DNA of 64,000 bases from Squalus acanthias (Eukaryota): contig CM059427.1 in the NCBI GenBank assembly GCA_030390025.1, positions 208,382,001-208,446,000 of the forward strand, in the 5' to 3' direction. Shown here in pieces: positions 61,980 through 64,000 of this stretch (positions are counted from its first letter, which is position 1; the number at the start of each line of letters is the position of its first letter). The notes beneath the pieces are model-generated. The model was not told where the DNA came from and made no database searches. It was given only the letters and a program-made list of their open reading frames with translations. The translations under genes were made by a program, and so were the position numbers.

Positions 61980-63165
61980 CAGGTGAGAGTGACTGCCCTT
62001 GACATCAAGACAGCATTTGACCGAGTGTGGCATCAACGAGTCCTAGTAAAACTGAAATCAATGGGAATCGGGGGGAAAAATCTCCACTGACTGGAGTCAT
62101 ACCTAGCGCAAAGGAAGATGGTTGTGGTGTTCGAAGGTGAATCATCACAGCCCCAGGACATCGCTGCAGGAGTTCCACAGGCCAGTGTTCTCGGCCCAAC
62201 CATCTTCAGCAGCTTCATCAATGACCTTCCCTCGAACATAAGGTCAGAAGTGGGGATGTTCGCTGATGACTGCACAGTGTTCAGCGCCATTCACAACTCC
62301 TCAGATAATGAAGCAGTCCATGCCGGCACGCAACAAAGACCTGGACGACGTTCAGGCTTGAGCTGATAAGTGGCAGGTAACTTTCGCGCCACACAAGTGC
62401 CAGGCAATGACTATCTCCAAAAGCGAGAGTCTAACCATCAGCCATTGAACATCAACGGCATTACCATCGGTGAATCTCACAACATCAATATCCTGAGAGT
62501 TACCATTGACCAGAAACTTAACTGGACCAGCCAAATAAATACTGTGGCAACAAGAGCAGATCAGACGCTGGTTATTTTGCGGCGAGTGTCTCACCTCCTG
62601 ACTCCCCAAAGCCTTTCCACCATCTACAAGGCACAAGTCAGGACTGTGTATAGAATACTCTCCACTTGCCTGGATGAGTGCAGCTCCAACAACATTAAGA
62701 AGCTCGACACCATTGACGACAAATCAGCCCACTTGATTGGCACCCCATCCACCACCTTAAACATTTACTACTTCCACCACCACCGTCGAACCGTGGCTGC
62801 AGTGTGTACCATCTACAAGATGCACTTCAACAACTCGCCAAGGCTTCTTCGGCAGCACCTCCGAAACCCGCGACCTCTATCACCTATAAGGACAAGGGCA
62901 GCAGGCGCATGGGAACACCACCACCTCTAAGTTATATTCCAAGTCACACACCATCCAGACTTGGAATTATATCGCCGATCCTTCATCGTAGCTGGGTCAA
63001 AATCCTGGAACTCCCTCCCTAGCAGTACTGTGGGAGTACCTTCACCACACGGACTGCAGTGGTTCAAGGAGGCGGCTCACCACCACCTTCTCAAGGTCAA
63101 TTAGGGATGGGCAATAAATGCTGGCCTTGCCAGCCACGCACACATCCCATGTTCCAATAAAAATA
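61980..63165 (+). mobile_element. 3' part of a LINE of the same family as 13183-20556
   Basis: ALDIKTAFDRVWH, GVPQASVLGP and FADD motifs; same 3' tail. Confidence 0.85.
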
Positions 63166-63469
63166 AAATATTGAGGTCGAGCTTCTTCCTGCTGCTGTAA
63201 CATGGGGTGAGAGTTCCAGTCTAATGTGTGTCAGCTCGACGCAGGTGCACTTCCGGTTCCAGCGGCATCTTCTGATCTCCAACTTACTGGACACAGAAAT
63301 GGGACTGAATAGAGAGCAGAACAATTCGAGGATGAAACTGATGATGACGGTGATCTAGAATCTGCACAACACTGTTGATGGCATATTTCAAGCACTGAGT
63401 TCACTTTTGGTGATCGAATTCTGAAAAGAATATTGAAGCCGTGGAACAATTGTAAATTAGTTTCATTAA

Positions 63470-63640
63470 GATCGAAACAGAAAATGCCGTAAATACTCAG
63501 CAGGCCAGGCAGCAACTGTGGAGAGAGAAACACAGTTAATGTTTCAGGTCAATGTAAGGTCAGATGCAGCCTGACCTGCTGAGATTTTCCAGAACTTTTT
63601 TTTTATTTTAGATTTCCAGCATCTGCGGTATTTTGCTTTA
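63470..63640. mobile_element. Inverted pair of Penelope terminal-repeat fragments
   Basis: CTCAGCAGGCCAGGCAGC...GCAGCCTGACCTGCTGAG inverted arrangement of the Penelope tail. Confidence 0.7.
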
Positions 63641-64000
63641 CTTTTCAACAAGTCGAACCAGGCAAGGGGTTCGAGGTCTGATTGGAAATATGAGAAGCTG
63701 GGGCTGCCTTTAACGGAACACAGATCGTCAAATCTAGTGTTCGATATTAAGAAAAACAACAAGAAGGTAAATAGTGAAACCTATCACGAGGGAAGACTTG
63801 ATAGAAATCTTTAAGATTTTAGCCATTGTGGAGAATTTGGATCCAGGAAACCTCTTGTGTGTGCTGCAGTGTTAGAGGACTAGGAGACAAGGGTTAATAA
63901 TAAGACTGTTGAAGGAATGTGTGAACGTTTAATAACATTGTTTATTAAAAGGAATTTATTGTGGACATGTTGCAAGCGGTGGTGGTTGTGGGATGAACAG

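Overview
Repeat-rich vertebrate genomic DNA, inferred to be from a cartilaginous fish (shark-type CR1/L2/Penelope/Deu-domain SINE repeats and shark-type IgM constant exons). Main content: (1) Two related endogenous retrovirus-like LTR elements whose Env looks like a paramyxo/pneumovirus-type class I fusion protein rather than a classical retroviral TM (lokiretrovirus-like). One is the 3' end of a copy with an intact env and 3' LTR at 1-3458. The other is an internally deleted provirus at 49498-61066 (minus) with a tRNA-Arg PBS, gag, pro, a pol remnant, an extra ORF and a deleted env. (2) An inverted, tail-to-tail duplication of a two-exon GPR139-like GPCR unit, each copy with its own 35-bp satellite, promoter and intronic repeats. 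The minus copy is intact (325 aa); the plus copy is truncated by a CR1 LINE. (3) Antigen-receptor remnants: a TCR Valpha/delta pseudogene with a 23-RSS, about 3.5 kb from an orphan IgM Cmu1-Cmu2 pseudogene. (4) Nested LINEs, a solo LTR, Penelope-derived minimal hammerhead ribozymes and several minisatellites. Most short ORFs in the track are repeat artefacts. Repeat boundaries were set by eye and are approximate. Family assignments rest on motif recognition, not database searches.
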